Source of the DNA: Chara braunii
Lineage: Eukaryota > Plantae > Charophyceae
NCBI GenBank assembly: GCA_003427395.1
Contig: BFEA01000010.1
Span: 4,275,057 to 4,338,718 of the forward strand
Reading direction: 5' to 3'
Length of the DNA: 63,662 bases
The position numbers and the translations under genes are program-made. Below the pieces are notes generated by a model. That model searched no databases. It was not told the origin of the DNA and saw only the letters and a list, made by a program, of their open reading frames with translations. Below, piece by piece: positions 50,536-63,662 of the stretch; the stretch's first letter is position 1, and every line of letters begins with the position of its first letter.

Positions 50536-52185
50536 GATAAGAGTCATTTTAGAGATGCGCACTGTGGTCCCCTTGCATGACTGCTTGATCAAGGTTGATT
50601 GAGAATGTGAATGGAAAAGGTTGTCGGATCGGTCATTGAAATAACCATGAGAAGGATCAAAAGAGATGGATGTGAATGAAAAAGGCCGTCAGGTTGGTCA
50701 CAATGAGAAAGAGAAGGATGAAAGATTGGAACGACCGTCGGGTCGGTTATGAGAAACAACCGTGGAAAGAAGGATGTGAAAGGTCGATGACTTGACCGAA
50801 AGAATCAGCCTTCGGAATAAGATTGGATGAGTTTGACAGAGATTCGGGAAGACAGTCGGGACGGTCATAAGTAACAGCCTTGAAAAAAAACTGTAAAAAA
50901 AAAATTGAGATGAGAGAGGCTGACGAAACGGTCGCAAGAGGCAGGCATCAGAATAAGAAAGATTTGGATTGGGAAGACCGTTGGGACGGCCATGAGAAAT
51001 AGCTTGTGAGAAAAAATGGAGATAGAGGATTGAGGATGGACCGATGGGTCGGTCATGAGAAATGGCCTATTGAAAAGAGGCTGCCGGATCGGTCATGAGA
51101 AGTGACCTTATTGAAAAGAGACTGCCGGATCAGCCATAAGAATCACCCTTGAAAAAAAATTGGAAATAGCATTGGATTGAGCGTTTGCCTGATAATTGAA
51201 AATTGCATTGCATAAACAGGGGACCCTAGGCAAATTGAAAAGTGGTCGCCGACCATGGAAATAGCAAGAGATTGAGTCTTCCTCCTTCTTCTAGTCTCAA
51301 GCCTCAGCATGAGGGGGATATTGGTGCCTGCACCACGACCCCGGGAGCTCTGCCCCATAGGAAAATATCCAAGCGCGACCTGTTGCTTGTAAGTAGGACA
51401 CCAGGTTAAAGGATCAAGGTATCATATATAATACTCGACATCCGGAACCAACTCCGACAACGAGCTCTAGTCGGAAGGTTCAAACCGCGCCTCGCGTTGA
51501 GTTCCTAAAACGTTCAGGGCCCGAAGATGGCCCGGAAGTTTGCTCTTCTAAGTCTTGTTGACCCTCCCCAGTGTGGTGTGAGAGGCGGTCTGGTTGTTTG
51601 GGATGAACCTAGGCTGCTCGCATTAAGTCAAGCGGCACCGTCCACGGGGAAGGTCGGTGCGAGGTACCGGGTGGAGTCGGCCAGCAGCACAAGACAATGA
51701 CACCGCCCTGCCGAAACATTACAACCGTTCTGGGGACTAACCACGAGGTCTTCGTAACTGCACTCGCAAACTAATAGAGAGCCCTAACTCTCGTGAGAAG
51801 GAAGAGGCCGGATCCATAAAACTTACCATTCAGGAGGAACGATTCGCAAACGAGCCACTTATGGTTTGACGGGGTTCTGGGAGGTATGGAATGGACCTGC
51901 CTGTCAAATGCGAGGACGTACCTCAATGATGACGTCTGTCTCCAAAGAAGTGGCCGCCGGACTAAGTGGAGGATGGGATGAGTTATCAGCAGGGGAAGGA
52001 CTTATCACTCTTCCTTTTAGGGGGCGATGGGCCGGCGTCCGTCCACTTAATTGGCAGGCAAGGTCTGCGTACCTCCAAGTGAGAACCAGTTGCCCGATGA
52101 GGACATTGCGATTGAGTGGGGGGAAGGCGTGCTTTCTACCTAACGACAAAGCGTGCGAAAAAAACAACAGTCAAAAGCATGAAAA

Positions 52186-52660
52186 TTGATTAAGCTTGGG
52201 TTTGAGAAAAGGTCCGGCAAGACGCCAGAAAGAAATGTATGAGAGAATGGATTAAGCTTGGGCTTGAGAAAAGGTCTTGCAAGACGCCAGAAAGAAATGT
52301 ATGTGAGAATGGATTGAGCTTAGGCTTGAGAAAGGTTTGACAAAACGTCAGAAAGAAATGCATGAGAAAATGGATTGAGCTTGGGCTTGAGAAAGGCCCG
52401 ACAAGACGCCAAAAAGAAATGTATGAGAGAATGGATTGAGCTTGGGCTTGAGAAAGGCCTGGTAAGACGCCAGAGAGAAATATATGTGAAATTGGTTGAG
52501 TTTGGGCTTGAGAAAGGTCTGGCAAGACGCTAGAGAGAAATGCATGTAAAATTGCGTGAGCTTGGGCCTGAGAAAGGTCTGGCAAAATGCCCAGGAAGAA
52601 ATGCATGTAAAGATTGATTGAGCTGAGACTTGAGAAAAGTCTGACAAAAATTATTGCATG
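52186..52660. repeat. ~60-bp tandem repeat (~8 copies)
   Basis: gattgagcttgggcttgagaaaggtctggcaagacgccagaaagaaatgtatgagagaatg repeated. Confidence 0.9.
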
Positions 52661-53371
52661 AGAGACTGCCTGAAAACATACCAAAGGAGGTTTGTTTGAA
52701 TGACCAAGAAGACTCGTGTACGAAACTATCTAAGAAAGGGTTGCGGAAGCTAGCAGATGAGACTGGAGAATTGCAAGAAACAACTTGAGAAGGACTCGAG
52801 GGGCCTAGCAAAATGGTCATGAGAAGCACGGGGAGAGACCGCATGAGAATGAGTACGGGAAGCCTAAGAAGAGGCTGAGGGTGTTGAATGAGACAAAATA
52901 CGGAAAGAGCCAGCAAAAGGCAAAGAGAATGAGCAAGCTAAGAATAAAACCAAAGAGAGGAATAAATCGGGTTTGAGCAGGCACAAGGCCAAGAAAGAGG
53001 GGAGCATCGCATTTGAGTGGAAGGAAAAGATGGCCAGAAACACAGATTGCACGGACCAAAAAAAGGATTATATAATGCATTGAGGATGACCAGAAACACG
53101 GATTCCACAGACCAAAAAGTAGACTATATGATGCATTTAAGAATAGTCAGAAACATGGATTGCACGGGTCGAAAAGTTGATTGTTGGATGTTTCAAGCTT
53201 GAGAAATAAACACGAATTACGGAAGTCGGAAAGCGGAAAACATAGGAAGACATAGGAGAAATATTGAAAAAAGGACCCCGACAAACTAGCCATCTATCCT
53301 ATCTCACTTCTCCCTTCTAATCTGCTTCCCTCATTAACCACTGACTGGTGCGCGATGAGGACATCGTAAAT

Positions 53372-53383
53372 GAGTGGGGGGAA
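53372..53383 (+). promoter_or_regulatory. Polypurine tract of the giant element
   Basis: gagtggggggaa, 2 nt before the LTR start TGTCGGG at 53386. Confidence 0.8.
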
Positions 53384-53385
53384 TG

Positions 53386-56300
53386 TGTCGGGACTAGTGG
53401 GTCCCGAAACAAGTCCGGACCCTTGAGAGGTGGTATACGACAGAATTGTGCATAATAGAGAAACAGGAGGAAAGAGAGATAGGAAGTATGAAAGGCTAAG
53501 GCATAAATGTATGCGCCTAAGGACCTAGGGAATGCCCAGGGCCGCCGGAACCACTGCACCAAAAAGAAATTAGTAGAATAACAAGCGGCGAAGGGTCGTA
53601 GGAGAATAATAAAGGCGGCCCGTCTTTTCGAAAGAAGAAGAACCGCAAAAAAAAATAATGCCCTGGGTTGTGCGCAGGAAGAAAGGAGTTAAGGGGGTCA
53701 TGAAAATAGTGTTCGAGCACTGACACGTGAGAACGGAGCATAGGGCCAAGAGGGTCACTGAAGTGCGATATAAGAAGGGTCAAAGGGCCATGAGCCAAGT
53801 AAGGAGCTGCGGTGGAAAAAACCGGCGCGTGCGAGACATAGAAAAAGACTAGAAATGGGGCAGCCATGGGGTGGAAAATGCTAATAGAGACCAAGACACC
53901 GCAAGGAAAAGTGTCGGGTACCATATGAGACTAAGTAAAAATAATGACATTTTGGGGCCAAGTACCGGCGGAACAAGTGTCGGCGGGACAGGTGTCGGCG
54001 GGACCACTGGCAGCACAAGTGTCGGGGACTACCGCGGGACAAGTAGCAGGGACTCGTGATGTCCAAAGGAAAAAGTTGGGAAGGACCATGAAAAAAATAT
54101 ACCTGAAGCAAAACGTGTCATCAAGATCAAGATCTAAACGACCAAGAATATTAGCACCACTAGTACAAACACTACTGGAGGCAAACAGGAAGGCTAAAAC
54201 AGAAAAGAAAGCAAAGAAGAAGTAAAGGAAGAGGTATGGCAGCAATCTAAATATCTCGGATTAACCACCTCGAAGAAAATGGAACCTAGAGAGGCTCCAT
54301 GTGAAAAATAGACTCCGGGAGAAAATCAGAGCAAAAGGGGTCACAATGGGGAAGAAAAAGAGGCAAAAGGAGGTTCCCTTAGGCATGGGGGAGCCTCAAT
54401 TGCAGTCCGAAAAATAAGGGACTGCACCTTGGGCATAGGAAGGGCCAAAACTAAGAGGAAGGACCTAGAAAAGGCCTTAACGGCTCGTTGGCACTTGACA
54501 CACACAAGTAGGGACTAGCAGGTCCCTACTGTCAGAAAGTGGAAGGAAAAGAAAAGAAAAGAAAAGAGAAAAAGGTCTTAACAATAAAAAATTGTCACTT
54601 GGGGAGATACATCCGTAACCAGATACATTCTAGGATATGGCGGTTGCAAAGTATCTTGATTTTCTCTTTATTTTGTAGAGAAAATCAAGAAAAATAAAGG
54701 CTCCATGCAACCGAGATGCAACAGATTGCATAGGGGAGGGGAAACACATATTTTAGGTGCATCTGGGGCCAATATTGAGTCCGTATGCACTTGGAAATTG
54801 ACTGTTACATTTTGTTTTTGTTTGGGGCAAGTTGTGGGGCCATGAGGCTAAGGAAAAAAACATTATGGCAGTCCGAAAAATAACGGACTGCATAGGGGCG
54901 CCTAGGCCAAAAGGAAAAGGGTCTTGGCTCACCCAAGACACTAGAAAAGAGTGTCTTTGGCGTGGATAAATAAAAACAGTAAATGGAGGCTGTGAGATAG
55001 TGGATCTCGTTGTGTAGAATATTCGCGGCACTTAGTCCAATGAGAAGAAGGGATTGGGGTTGCCGGGGACAAAGGAGCCCCAAATAAAAAGTGGGACATC
55101 ATCGAGAATGATGTCGGGGACAAAATGACCCAAATAAAAACAGTTGAAATTTGGGACATGCGCCGGTGGGACCACAGTCGGGACTAGAAAATGAAACTGG
55201 CGTGGGAGAGTGGCGGGGACTTGAGTGGTCCCAAGGGGTTAATGAGCTGGCAAAAGGGGAGGAGTGTGCAAGCAAGCAGCGCCGTCAATATCAAGATCTT
55301 GACGGTGACACATATTAGCCACTGTGAGTGGAAAACTGAGAGAGCCTAGGGAGAGGGTGGTAGGAGGCAAAAATGAGAGAAACAGGGTAAAGGAGGGACT
55401 GCCCAGCTGTCCGAGATATCTCGGACTAGCAAGGCATAGGAAAATAGAGCCTCAATAGACTCTATCCAGAAAATAAGCTGCCAAGAAAAAATCCGATCAC
55501 AAGGGGGTTCAAAAATGAGAAAACGGAGGCAAACGGAAGCCCCCATGAGCATGGGGGATTTATTATTGCAATCCGAGTTGCAACGACCAACTGCTGGCAA
55601 TTAATCTGGTCATGAATAAGGTTCTAAGGCCTAGAAAGAGAGTTCACAGCAGCTTGACACTTGTCACAACATAATAAAAGAAAAAGGTAAAAAAATTAGA
55701 GAAAAAGGAGGGGGGATGAGACAAAAGGGGAGAAAAGAGTGGTGGAGAATGTGCCGGCCAGGTGGGACTGACACAATAGGGACTGGCAGGTCCCTATTGT
55801 GACCTCATCCCTACATATTTTGTGGAGGGCAATCCAGATTGCAGAGATAATGCCCTTGGGGCATTATCTCAGTAACATCTGAATTAAAAAGGAAAAAAAT
55901 AAGTACAAATGCAAAAAGGAGTTGGCCTTGTTTTTTGTGGGCCATGGATCTGAGATCAGATCTCATGGAGGAGAGCATGTGGCCGTTTTTTGTGGGCCAG
56001 CTCAAAGGGCCAACTCCGAGTTGGTAGACCAAAATGGAAGGAAACAGAAGAAGGAAAAAAACAAACTGTGCATTTGGCCCAAAAATAGGGCCAAATGCAG
56101 CAAAAATTGAAAAAGTGAGCCAGGGGCTCCAAATTGAAGCAAGGAGCACTTGGGGATAACTCGGAATAATGCCGGCCTTCGATCTCGGCCAGATCCAAGA
56201 CTGAGATTGCTCTGAGACATGGGAAAATATCTCGGTCTATCCAAAATGTGGTAGGAATAACAAAAATCGAGAAAAAGACCCGCAAGTTTTTTTTTCTTTC

Positions 56301-57001
56301 AAGTGAGGCTGCCCCTTGGGCATTTGGACTCAAGGGGGCAGCATTTGGAAAAGAAAAAGAGGCTTGAGGAAGCCCAAGAGGCAGTCCGAGTTGGTACCAA
56401 CCACTTGGACTGCATGTACTTGGCCAAAATGAGGCTCAGGTGCCCCCGGAGAGGCGTAGTGGTGGAAACTGGCCATGGGGGTACCTCGGTTTACTTAGAG
56501 GCACATAGGGAGGCCCATGGGCTGGCCGGTACACCAGTTTCAGCCTTCATAAGCTGGGGGAGCAGTCCACCACACTCACATTTGCATGAGGAGTGCCCAT
56601 GCTGCCCAAGTGAGCTCAAAGGAGCACTCTACTCACTTGGAGTGAGAGGAGGGGAACCACTGCCAGTTGGGAGACTTGGAGGAGGTTGTAGGCTAGTGAA
56701 GGCAACCGTTGGAGCTAGTGTGAGTAGTGGTGGCCCAAGGAGGTGGTCTGCCATAGCCCCCAGGCTGTGGGAGAGAGAGGGAGGCCTGAAGGAGCCCATT
56801 CAGCCCACCTAGAGGGGAGGACTCCATAGCCTTGGTTGTTGGAGCTTGCCATAGCCAGGGAGAGGCTGGAAAAGGAAGAAGATGAGGTTTGAGGAAGAAG
56901 AGAGTCATAGCTAAGTGAAACCTGTGCAAGGGAGAGAGGAACTCCATCAAAACTGGTCTTCAACACCAAGAGGATATAGGAGAGGTGAGTGGGGCCAAGA
57001 A

Positions 57002-57059
<58 letters not shown>

Positions 57060-60000
57060 CTTTTTTTTTTCCTTTGCTTCTTTAATCTTCCACTCCTTCT
57101 TCATCCCCTCTCCTCTCCTCTCTCCTCATCTCCTTTCTCCCTCCATGGCTAAAGGTTCCCAAATGTAGGGAAGAGATAGGGAGTAGCTCCTCCATTAGTA
57201 GTGTCTCCATGATGGCCACTTCCTTCACTCCCTGAACAAATCGCCACTTTGAGCCATGTGATTCCTAGCTTGAAGGAGAGTTTAACTCATTCTCACCTCA
57301 AGATCTCTCTCTTCCTCCACTTGGGGGCAAATCGTTACATTGGTTCTCACTCAGGCCAGCTTGTTGGTGATACCTGCCTCTTCTATTGTCCAATTTTTCA
57401 CCTTGTGATGATCCGATTCAAGTATGGTTGCTTTCATGAGCCCTAGGCAGGTGTTTGAGCAAGTCTCACTCACATGCAACACTCTTTCCCCACTTGGTGT
57501 TGTGTCGGTTCTTCCTAGTTGCCTACATCGCTTCACACATGTGCATGCTCTAGTCTAAGTTGTGCAGTTCATTTCTTTCTTCACTTGGTGATGTGTCGGT
57601 TCATCCTAGTTATTTCCATCACATCACACATGTGTATGCTCTAGTTTCATTTGTGCAGTTCAGTCCTTTCTCCACTTGGAGACATGTCGGTTCTTCCGAG
57701 TTGCTTACATAGCTTCACACATGTGTATGCTCTAGTCTAAGATGTGCAATCCAGTTCTTTCTCCACTTGGTGATGTGTCGGTTCTTCCGACTTGCTTGTG
57801 CAGTTCAGTCCTTTCACTACTCGGTGATGTGCCGGTTCTTCCTAGTTGCCTCCATAACTTCACATATATGTATGCTCTCGTCTAAGTTGTGCAGTTCAGT
57901 TCTTCCTTCACATGGTGATGTGCCCGTTCTTCCTAGTTGTTCCCATAGCTTCACACATGTGCATAATGTGGTCTAAGTTGTGCAGTTTAGTCCTTTCTTC
58001 ACTTGGTGATATGCCGGATCTTCCTTGTTGCCTCCATAGCCTCACACATGTGTATGCTCTAGTTTCACTTGTGAAGTTAAGTCCTTTCTTCACTTGGTAA
58101 TGTACCGGTTCTTCGTAGTTGCTTTCATAGCTTCACACATGTGTATGCTCTAGTTTCATTTGTGCAGTTCAGTTCTTTGTACACTTGGTGATGTGCCGGT
58201 TATTCCTAGTTGCTTCCATAGCTTCAAACATGTGTGTGCTCTAGTCTAAGTTGTGCAGTTCAGTTCTTTCTCCAGTCGGAGATATGCCGGTTCTTCGTAC
58301 TTGCTTCCATAGCTTCACACGTGTGTATACTCTAGTCTAAGTTATGCAGTTCAGTCCTTTCTACACTTGGTGATCTGTCGGTTCTTCCTAGTTGCTTTCA
58401 TAGCTTCACATCTGTGTATGCTCTAGTTTCACTTGCGAAGTTCAGTCCTTTCTTCACTTGGTGGTATGTCGGTTCTTCCCAATTGCGTCCATAGCTTCAC
58501 ACATTTGTATGCTCTAGCCTAAGTTGTGCGGTTTAGTTCTTTCTTCACTTGGTGATGTGTCGGTTCTTCCTAGTTGCTTCCATAGCTTCACACATGTGTA
58601 TGCTCTAGTTTCACTTGTGAAGTTCACTCTTTTCTTCACTTAGTGATGTGTCGGTTCTTCCTAGTTGCTTCCATAACTTCATACATATGTATGCTCTAGT
58701 TTCAGTTCTGGAGTTTCATCCTTCCTCTACTTGCTCATGTGTCGATTCTTCCTAGTTTCTTCCATAGCTTCACACATGTCTATGCTCTAGTCTAAGCTAT
58801 GTTGTTCAGTCCTTTCTTCACTTGGTGATGTGCCAGTTCTTCCTGGTTACTTTCATAGCTTCATACATGTGTATACTCTAGTTTCACTTGTGAAGTTCGA
58901 TCATTTCTTCACTTGGTGATGTGTCGGTTCTTCCTAGTTGCTTTCATAGCTTCACACATGTGTATGCTCTAGTTTCACTTGTGAAGTTCAGTCCTTTCTT
59001 CACTTGGTGGTATGTTGGTTCTTCCCAGTTGCCTCCATAGCTTCACACATGTGTATGCTCTGGACTTAGTTGTGCGGTTCAGTTTTTTCTTCACTTGGTG
59101 ATGTGCCGGTTCTTCCTAGTTGCTTCCACAACTTCACACATGTGTATGCTCTAGTTTCACTTGTGAAGTTCACTCCTTTCTTCACTTAGTGACATGTCGG
59201 TTCTTCCTAGTTGTTTCCATAACTTCACACATATGTATACTCTAGTTTCAGTTATGGAGTTCAATCCTTCCTCTACTTGGTGATGTGTCGGTTCTTCCTA
59301 GTTTCTTCCATAGCTTCACACATGTGTATGCTCTAGTCTAAGTTGTGTTGTTCAGTCCTTGCTTCACTTGGTGATGTGCCAGTTCTTCGTAGTTACTTTC
59401 ATAGCTTTACACATGTGTATACTCTAGTTTCACTTGTGAAGTTCAGTCCTTTCTTCACTTGGTGATGTGCCCGTTCTTCCTAGTTGCTTCCATAGCTCCG
59501 CACATGTGTATGCTCTAATTTCATTTGTGCGGTTCAGTCCTTTCTCCACTTGGTGATGTGTCGGTTCTTCCTAGTTGCTTTCATAGCTTCAGACATGTGT
59601 ATGCTCTAGTTTCAATTGTGAAGTTCAGTCCTTTCTCCACTGGGTGATGTGCCGGTTCTTCCTAGTTGCTTCCATAGCTTCACATATGTGTATGATGTAG
59701 TCTAAGTTTTGCAGTTCAGTCCTTTCTTCACTTGGTGATGTGCCGGTCCTTCCTAGTTGCTTCCATAGCTTCACACATGTGTATACTCTAGTTTCACTTA
59801 TGAAGTTCAGTGCTTTCTTCACTTGTTGGCGTGCCGATTCTTCCTAGTTGCTTCCATAGCTTCACACATGTGCATGCTCTAGTGTAAGTTGTGGAGTTCA
59901 GTGCTTTCTTCAGTTGGTCATGTGCTGGTTCTTCCTAGTTGCTTCCATAGCTTCGCTCATGTGTATGCTCTAGTTTCACTTGTGAAGTTCAGTCCTTTCT

Positions 60001-63000
60001 GTACTTGGTGATGTGCCGGTTCTTCGTAGTTGCTTCCATAGCTTCACACATGTGTACGCTGTGGTTTCACTTGTGCAGTTCAATCCTTTCTCTGCTTGGT
60101 GATATACCGGTTCTTCCTAGTTGCTTCCATAGCTTGACACATGTGTGTACTCTAATTTCACTTGTGCAGTTCAGTCCTTTCGCCACTTGATGATGTGTTG
60201 GTTCTTCTTTGTTGCTTCCATAGTGTATGCTCTAGTTTCACTTGTGCAGTTCAGTCCTCTCTTCAGTTGGTGATATGTCGGTTCTTCCTAGTTGCTTCCC
60301 TAGCTTCATACATTTGTATGCTCTGGTCTAACTTGTGCAGTTCAGTTCTTTCTCTCACTTGTTGATGTGCCAGTTCAAATTTGTTTCTTCCATAAGCTCT
60401 ATGAGCATGAGTAGAATAGTCACACTTGTGATGTTAAGTCTTTCTCTCATTTGATGATGTGTCAGTTCATATCTCTTGCTTCCATGACACCTTGTGCATG
60501 TGTAGGATAGTCACACTTGTATTGTTAAGTCTTTCCATGGCTCCTTGTGCATGTGTAGGATCGTCACTTGTGTTGTTCCGTCTTTCCATGGCTCCTTGTG
60601 CATGTGTATACTCTAGTCTCAGTTGTGAAGTTCGGTCATTTCTACACTCGGTGATGTGCCGGTTCTTCCTAGTTGCTTCCATAGCTCCACACATATGTAT
60701 TCTCTAGTTTCGCTTGTGAAGTTCAGTCCTTTCTTGCATGTGTATACTCTAGTGTAAGTTGTGCAGTTCAGTCCTTGTTACACTTGGTGACGTGCCGGTT
60801 CTTCCTAGTTGCTTTTATAGCTTGACACATGTGTATGCTCTAGTTTCGCTTGTGAAGTTCAGTCATTTCTTCACTTTGTGGTGTGACGGCTCTTCCTAGT
60901 TGCCTCCATAGCTTCACACATGTGTATGCTCTAGCCTCTGTTGTGCGGTTCGGTTCTTTCTTAACTTGGTGATGTGTCCTTTCTTCGTAATTGCTTCTAT
61001 AGCTTCACAGATGCGTATGCTCTAGTTTCACTTGTGAAGTTCACTCCTCTCTTCACTTGGTGATGTGTCGGTTCTTCCTAGTTGCTTTCATAACTTCACA
61101 CATATGTATGCTGTAGTTTCAATTCTGCAGTTCAATCCTTCCTCCACTTGGTGATGTGTCGGTTCATCCCAGTTTCTTCGATAGCTTCACACATGTGTAT
61201 GCTCTAGTCAAAGTTGTGTTGTTCAGTCCTATCTTCACTTGGTGATGTGCCAGTTCTTCCTAGTTGCTTTCGTAGCTTCACCCATGTGTATACTCTAGTT
61301 TCACTTGTGAAGTTCAGTCCTTTCTTCACTCGATGATGTGTCGGTTCTTCCTAGTTGCTTCCATAGCTTCGCACATGTGTATGCTCTAGTTTCATTTGTG
61401 CAGTTCAGTCCTCTCTCCATTTGGTGATGTACCGGTTCTTCCTAGTTGCTTCCGTAGCTTCACACATGTGTACGCTCTAGTCTAAGTTATGCAGTTCAGT
61501 TCTTTCTCCACTTGGTGATATGTCGGTTCTTCCTAGTTGCTTCCATAACTTCACACATGTGTACGTTGTAGTCTATGTTTTGCAGCTCAATCCTTTCTTC
61601 ACTTGGTGATGTGTCGGTTCTTTGTGGTTGCTTCCATAGCTTCACACATGTGTATGCTCTAGTTTCACTTGTGAAGTTCAGTGCTTTCTTCACGTGGTGG
61701 CGTGCCGGTTCTTCCTAGTTACTTCCATAGCTTCAGACATGTGCATGCTCTAGTGTAAGTTGTGCAGTTCAGTTCTTTCTTCAATTGGTGATGTGCCGGT
61801 TTTTCCTAGTTGCTTCCATAGCTTCACATATGTGTATGCTCTAGTTTCACTTGTGAACTTTAGTCCTTTCTTAACTTGGTGATATGCCGGTTCTTCCTAG
61901 TTGCTTCTATAGCTTCGTACATGTGTATGCTGTAGTTTCACTTGTGCAGTTCAGTCCTTTCTCCGCTTGGTGATATACCGGTTCTTCCTAGCTGCTTCCA
62001 TAGCTTCACACATGTGTATGCTCTATTGTCACTTGTGCAGTTCAGTCCTTTCTCCACTTGATGATATGTCGGTTCTTCTTTGTTGCTTCCATAGCTTCAC
62101 GCATGTGCATGCTCTAGTTTCACTTGTGCAGTTCAGTCCTCTCTTCACTTGGTGATGTGTTGGTTCTTCGCAGTTGCTTCCTTAGCTTCATACATGTGTA
62201 TGCTCTAGTCGGGCTTGTGCAATTCAGTTCTTTCTCTCACTTGGTGATGTGCCGGCTCAGATCTGTTTCTTTCACAAGCTCTATGGGAATGAGTAGGACA
62301 GTCACACTTGTGCTGTTCAGTCTTTCTCTCATTTGATGATGTGTCAGTTCAGATCTGTTGCTTCCATGACTCCTTGTGCATGTGTAGGATAGTCACACTT
62401 GTGTTGTTCATTTTCTCTCACTTGGTGATGTGCCGGTTCAGATTTGTTGCTTCCATAGCTCCATGTGCATGTGTAGGATCGTCACACCTGTTCTGATTGG
62501 TCTTTCTCTCACTTGGTGATGTGCCGGTTCATATCTGTTGCTTCCATAAGCTCTATGAGCACGAGTAGGATAGTCACACTTGTGCTGTTCATTTTTTCTC
62601 TCACTTGATGATGTACCATTTCAGATCAGTTACTTCCATGAGTCTTTGTGCATGTTTGGGGTAGTCACACTTGTGCTGTTCAGTCTTTCTCTCAGTTGGT
62701 GATGTGGCAGTTCAGGTCTGTTGCTTCCATGACTCTTTGTGTATGTATAGGATAGTCACACTTGTGGTGTTCAGTCTTTCTCTCATTTGGTGATGTACCA
62801 GTTCAAATCTCTTGCTTTCATGGCTCCTTATGCATGTGTGGGATAGTTACACTTGTGCTGCTCAATTTTTCTCTCACTTGGTGATGTGTCGGTTCAAATC
62901 TGTTGCTTCCATAACTCTATGTGCATGTGTAGGATAGTCACACTTGTGTTGTTAAGTCTTTGTCTCATTTGATGATGTGCCAATTTAGATCTGTTGCTTC

Positions 63001-63585
63001 CATGACTCCTTGTGCATGTGTAGGATAGTCACACTTGTGCTGTTTAGTCTTTCTCTCACTTGGGGATGTGCCGGTTCAGATCTGTTGCTTCCATAGCTCT
63101 ATGTGCATGTGTAGGATAGTCACACCTCTGCTGATTGGTCTTTCTCTCAGTTGGTGATGTGCCGGTTCAAATCTGGTGCTTCCATGACTCTTTGTGCATA
63201 TGTGGGAGAAACACACTTGTGTTGTTTAGTCTTCCCCTCAGTTGGTGATGTACCAGTTCAGATCTTGTTGCGTCCATAGCTTTATGTGCATGTGTAAGTT
63301 GGTTACACTTGTGGTGTTTAGTCTTCCCCTCACTTGGTGATGTACCGGTTCAGATCTTGCTGCCTCCATAACTCTATGTTATTGTGTAAGCCAGTTACAC
63401 TTGTGCCGATCAATCTTTCTCTCATTTGATGATGTACAGCTTCAGATCTTGCTGCCTCCATAGCTCTATGTGCATGTGTAGGCTAGTTACACTTGTGTTG
63501 TTCATTCTTTCTGTCACTTAATGTTGTACCGGTTCAGGTCCTGAACGGGGGACGGTAGGTCCAATAAGGGTAAGCCTTGATTAAG

Positions 63586-63662
<77 letters not shown>
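53386..63662 (+). repeat. 3' LTR of the giant element (more than 10.2 kb; window ends in its (CT)n)
   Basis: Colinear with the 5' LTR and carries the same type A/C satellite. Confidence 0.88.
57491..63535. repeat. 91-bp satellite array in the 3' LTR (~66 units)
   Basis: Same unit as 18354-22318; the type C block appears twice (~60360-60600 and from ~62240). Confidence 0.95.

Larger units (their letters stand above)
12542..63662 (+). mobile_element. Giant Ty3/Gypsy LTR retrotransposon (~40 kb after removing inserts); right end is probably the misplaced block ending at 40119
   Basis: 5' LTR 12542-23803, PBS at 23808, extra ORFs, gag-pol 30050-47390, PPT 53372-53383, 3' LTR from 53386; 4-bp TSD acgt/acgc inside U6. 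Confidence 0.85.

Overview
Eukaryotic window made almost entirely of nested, decayed transposable elements; no intact host gene is visible. The style suggests a plant or charophyte alga, possibly Chara-like (inference only). The oldest layer is an L1/Tx1-type LINE (10201-12460, continuing at 40183-40803). A Ty3/Gypsy chromovirus (733-10200) sits directly upstream of the visible LINE, and its 5' LTR is hit by a minus-strand LTR element (1-732). The LINE also carries a U6 snRNA retrocopy with a 16-bp TSD. That U6 copy is split by a giant Ty3/Gypsy element of about 40 kb: ~11-kb LTRs (12542-23803 and 53386 to beyond 63662), a 91-bp satellite array in each LTR, a tRNA-Ala-like PBS, four tandem paralogous ORFs of unknown function before gag, a degenerate gag-pol and a ~6-kb repeat-rich 3' region. 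A ~9.4-kb solo LTR of a sister subfamily splits the gag zinc knuckle (TSD ACGT), and a hAT-like MITE sits upstream of gag. A Nextera mate-pair junction adapter at 41138-41175, together with TSD logic, indicates that ~38800-41137 is a misplaced contig holding the true right end of the giant element.
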